Shown here one piece after another: positions 61,996-64,000 of a DNA stretch of 64,000 nucleotides (the first letter of the stretch is position 1; every line of letters begins with the position of its first letter). The notes below the pieces were generated by a model. That model was not told the DNA's origin. It saw nothing but the letters and a program-made list of their open reading frames with translations, and ran no database searches. The translations under genes were made by a program, and so were the position numbers. This stretch comes from Neovahlkampfia damariscottae (Eukaryota), in the NCBI GenBank assembly GCA_016618085.1, contig JABLTG010000002.1:248001-312000 (forward strand), written 5' to 3'.

Positions 61996-62800
61996 ATGGA
62001 CGAGTATTTTGATTATTACTTAGATGGTGATGAAATAAATATCTATGGTGGTAGTTTTGATTTATTTCAAAGAATTAAAGATTTGATCAAAACGCCGATT
62101 AGATTGAATTATCCACCAAGCTATAGAGAATTTTTACAAAAACATGGAAATTTATTGATTACTGAACTTTGGATTTGTAAAAAGCCTATTCAAAAAGCAT
62201 TTGATAAAATTTTAAATATAATTTCATTCGGAAACTGGCAAAAGAAAAAAGATGAATTGAATTATGATGATCTTTTTCATTTATTTGGAATTGCAAGATT
62301 GGGAACAAATCAGTATGTTTTATTTGAAAAAAAACCAAGTTTTGAATATTCAATATGTAGACAAAAATTATTTTCGATCAGCAAAAAGTTTATTCGTTTC
62401 AAATTATAAGGATGTTGTTCCATTTAATTTAAATACAATGCATGAAAGATGTTTGGAATTAATTGGACCTGAAGAAATGTTTTTGTATAGAGGTGGTTCA
62501 ACGAATTGCCAACATTTCATATTCAATATGTTCAAAGCTAACAATCTGATGAATACAGTTATTGAAGAGTTTGTAATGCAAGATGCAAAAAGTTTAGTTT
62601 CTTCAATGCCTAATGTCGTTCAAAAATTTATCAATGGAGTTACATATATTGCAAGTTTCTTTGATCATGTTTTGTATGGTGCTGCATTGATGAATGAAAC
62701 CTCAAAATCTCAGTTGTCGACGTCAAAATCTCAGATTTTGGATAGACGAATTTTGAAATTGGAAAAAAATAAATTTGGAGGTTCAATAATTTATATTTAA
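61996..62800 (+). pseudogene. viral protein with a permuted papain-like His...Cys pattern, frameshifted
   Basis: YDDLFHL...FEK|NQVLNI...Y...TNCQHFI. One extra A in the run 62327-62334 splits the ORF. Confidence 0.6.
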
Positions 62801-63663
62801 ATTTTAATTGAAGATTTGACAACTCTTCCATCAACAACTGAAACATAGATTTTATTCAAAACACTAATGTCAACTTTATCATCGGAATCAATGTATATAA
62901 CTCGTTCTGATGATTCTCCAAGAGCTGATGCATCGAAGATATGAACATAACCAACTTGAAGCATTTCTACTTTTTTTCCAGAGACCATAACTTCCAATTT
63001 TTGGTCTTTGTTTTTGGTTTCGATATAAATTTTTGAAAGGTTACAAGAACGAATGAAATCACCGTCAAAATCACGATGAAATTCCCATTCGAAGAATGGT
63101 TCATTTAAGAATTCTTTTTTTAAATCAACTTCTTGATATTGAAATTCGAGGGAATATTCTTTGAACGACGAAGTAATTTTGAATATAAATAATTCAGTTT
63201 CAATCACGCTGTGTCCAAGAAGAGTTGCACTATAATTCAAATCTTTGACACTTGTAACAGGAATTTGTCCTCCAAATGGTGGAATCTTCAATGGAGTTCT
63301 AAATACTACTCGAGTAATTAATTTTGAAGGTAAAGTAGATGCATTTGACGGTCTTCTAACAGGTTGTAGAAATTTCAAATTTAAACTTTCATCTTTTGGA
63401 TATCGGTGGAAACTCGTTCCATTCACTGAAAGAGATTCTAAATGAATGAAATTATCTAATTGCAATACTTGATCTAAATCAACATTTGTAGGTGATACTG
63501 ATGTTTTGTTGATGATTTCAATATCAAAATCAACTTTACAATTAATCCAAGCTGTTTCACTGATGCTATGATCGGTTGAAGGAGGTGGACATATGATTGA
63601 AACACTGGATCCTAAATTTTTTCCGTTGTATGGCTTTGCTCTGAAAGTTTTGGAGAAACTCAT
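62797..63663 (-). CDS. virophage major-capsid-like (jelly-roll) protein, shortened and divergent
   Basis: SSVSIICPPPSTDHSISETAWINCKVDFDI...LSVNG resembles the virophage MCP N-terminus pattern; beta-rich; only 288 aa. Confidence 0.5.
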   Translation of the reverse strand: MSFSKTFRAKPYNGKNLGSSVSIICPPPSTDHSISETAWINCKVDFDIEIINKTSVSPTNVDLDQVLQLDNFIHLESLSVNGTSFHRYPKDESLNLKFLQPVRRPSNASTLPSKLITRVVFRTPLKIPPFGGQIPVTSVKDLNYSATLLGHSVIETELFIFKITSSFKEYSLEFQYQEVDLKKEFLNEPFFEWEFHRDFDGDFIRSCNLSKIYIETKNKDQKLEVMVSGKKVEMLQVGYVHIFDASALGESSERVIYIDSDDKVDISVLNKIYVSVVDGRVVKSSIKI

Positions 63664-63807
63664 TGAATTATATTAACACAAAAAAATTCTTTTAATTGAA
63701 AATAATTAAATCGAGATGAATTAATTATTTTATTTGAAAGTCATTGAATTTCAATTAAAGACTTAAAAATATAAGGTATAAAAAGTAATCAAAAAACAAA
63801 CACTCAC

Positions 63808-64000
63808 ATGTCAGTTTTCCAAAACGCAAAAATTTACAAAATTTTTAACTCAGTTAACCCAAAAGTTTATGTAGGAAGTACAACAAAAGATTTATACACT
63901 CGTTTTAATGGACATAAAGCAACTGCTGAACGTGGTGATTGTATGAGTCGTGTTTTATTTAGAGAAGACCGAGAAAATTGCAAAATTGAATTGATTGAAG
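63808..64000 (+). CDS. GIY-YIG endonuclease, truncated by the window end
   Basis: Not in the ORF track: MSVFQNAKIYKIFNSVNPKVYVGSTTKDLYTRFNGHK...CKIELIE. Confidence 0.85.
   Translation, partial: MSVFQNAKIYKIFNSVNPKVYVGSTTKDLYTRFNGHKATAERGDCMSRVLFREDRENCKIELIE

Larger units (their letters stand above)
57870..64000. mobile_element. endogenous virophage-like element, degraded, continuing beyond the window
   Basis: Intronless, tightly packed ORFs: virophage-type ATPase, capsid-like ORF, GIY-YIG, PolB-like N-terminus. No CCAAT in the spacers; several frameshifts. Left boundary approximate. Confidence 0.82.

Noticed and set aside
58280..62340. Programmed ribosomal frameshifting in the viral ORFs
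   Set aside because: The shifts go in different directions and sit in A-runs. Decay or homopolymer assembly error is simpler, and similar shifts occur in host genes near 1190 and 19700.
1..64000. tRNA genes or CRISPR arrays
   Set aside because: No cloverleaf-like GC island other than the 5S gene and no repeat-spacer pattern seen by eye.

Overview
Very AT-rich, gene-dense eukaryotic (protist) nuclear DNA using the standard code, with tiny GT-AG introns (most about 26-45 nt) and very short intergenic spacers that usually hold a CCAAT box. Positions 1-55.5 kb carry about 35 host genes (e.g. RPL8, NOT4, mitochondrial EF-G2, POP4, VPS37, CHID1, P450, VPS13, Nit2, ELO) and one solitary 5S rRNA gene. 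Notable host genes are an Abi protein fused to tandem VASP-like actin-binding modules, a HEIP1/REDIC1-like meiotic gene, an NF-YA-like protein with only the DNA-binding half, a cationic secreted VWD protein with a 22-residue Trp repeat, and two bacterial-like enzymes. After a short zone of disrupted genes (about 55.5-57.5 kb), the window ends in an intronless, decaying endogenous virophage-like element (about 57.87 kb to beyond 64 kb). It encodes a virophage-type packaging ATPase fused to a PolB-like N-terminus, a short capsid-like ORF, an HMG-like protein, a permuted-papain-like protein and a GIY-YIG nuclease. All homology calls come from motif recognition by eye, not database searches, and exon boundaries were inferred by hand.
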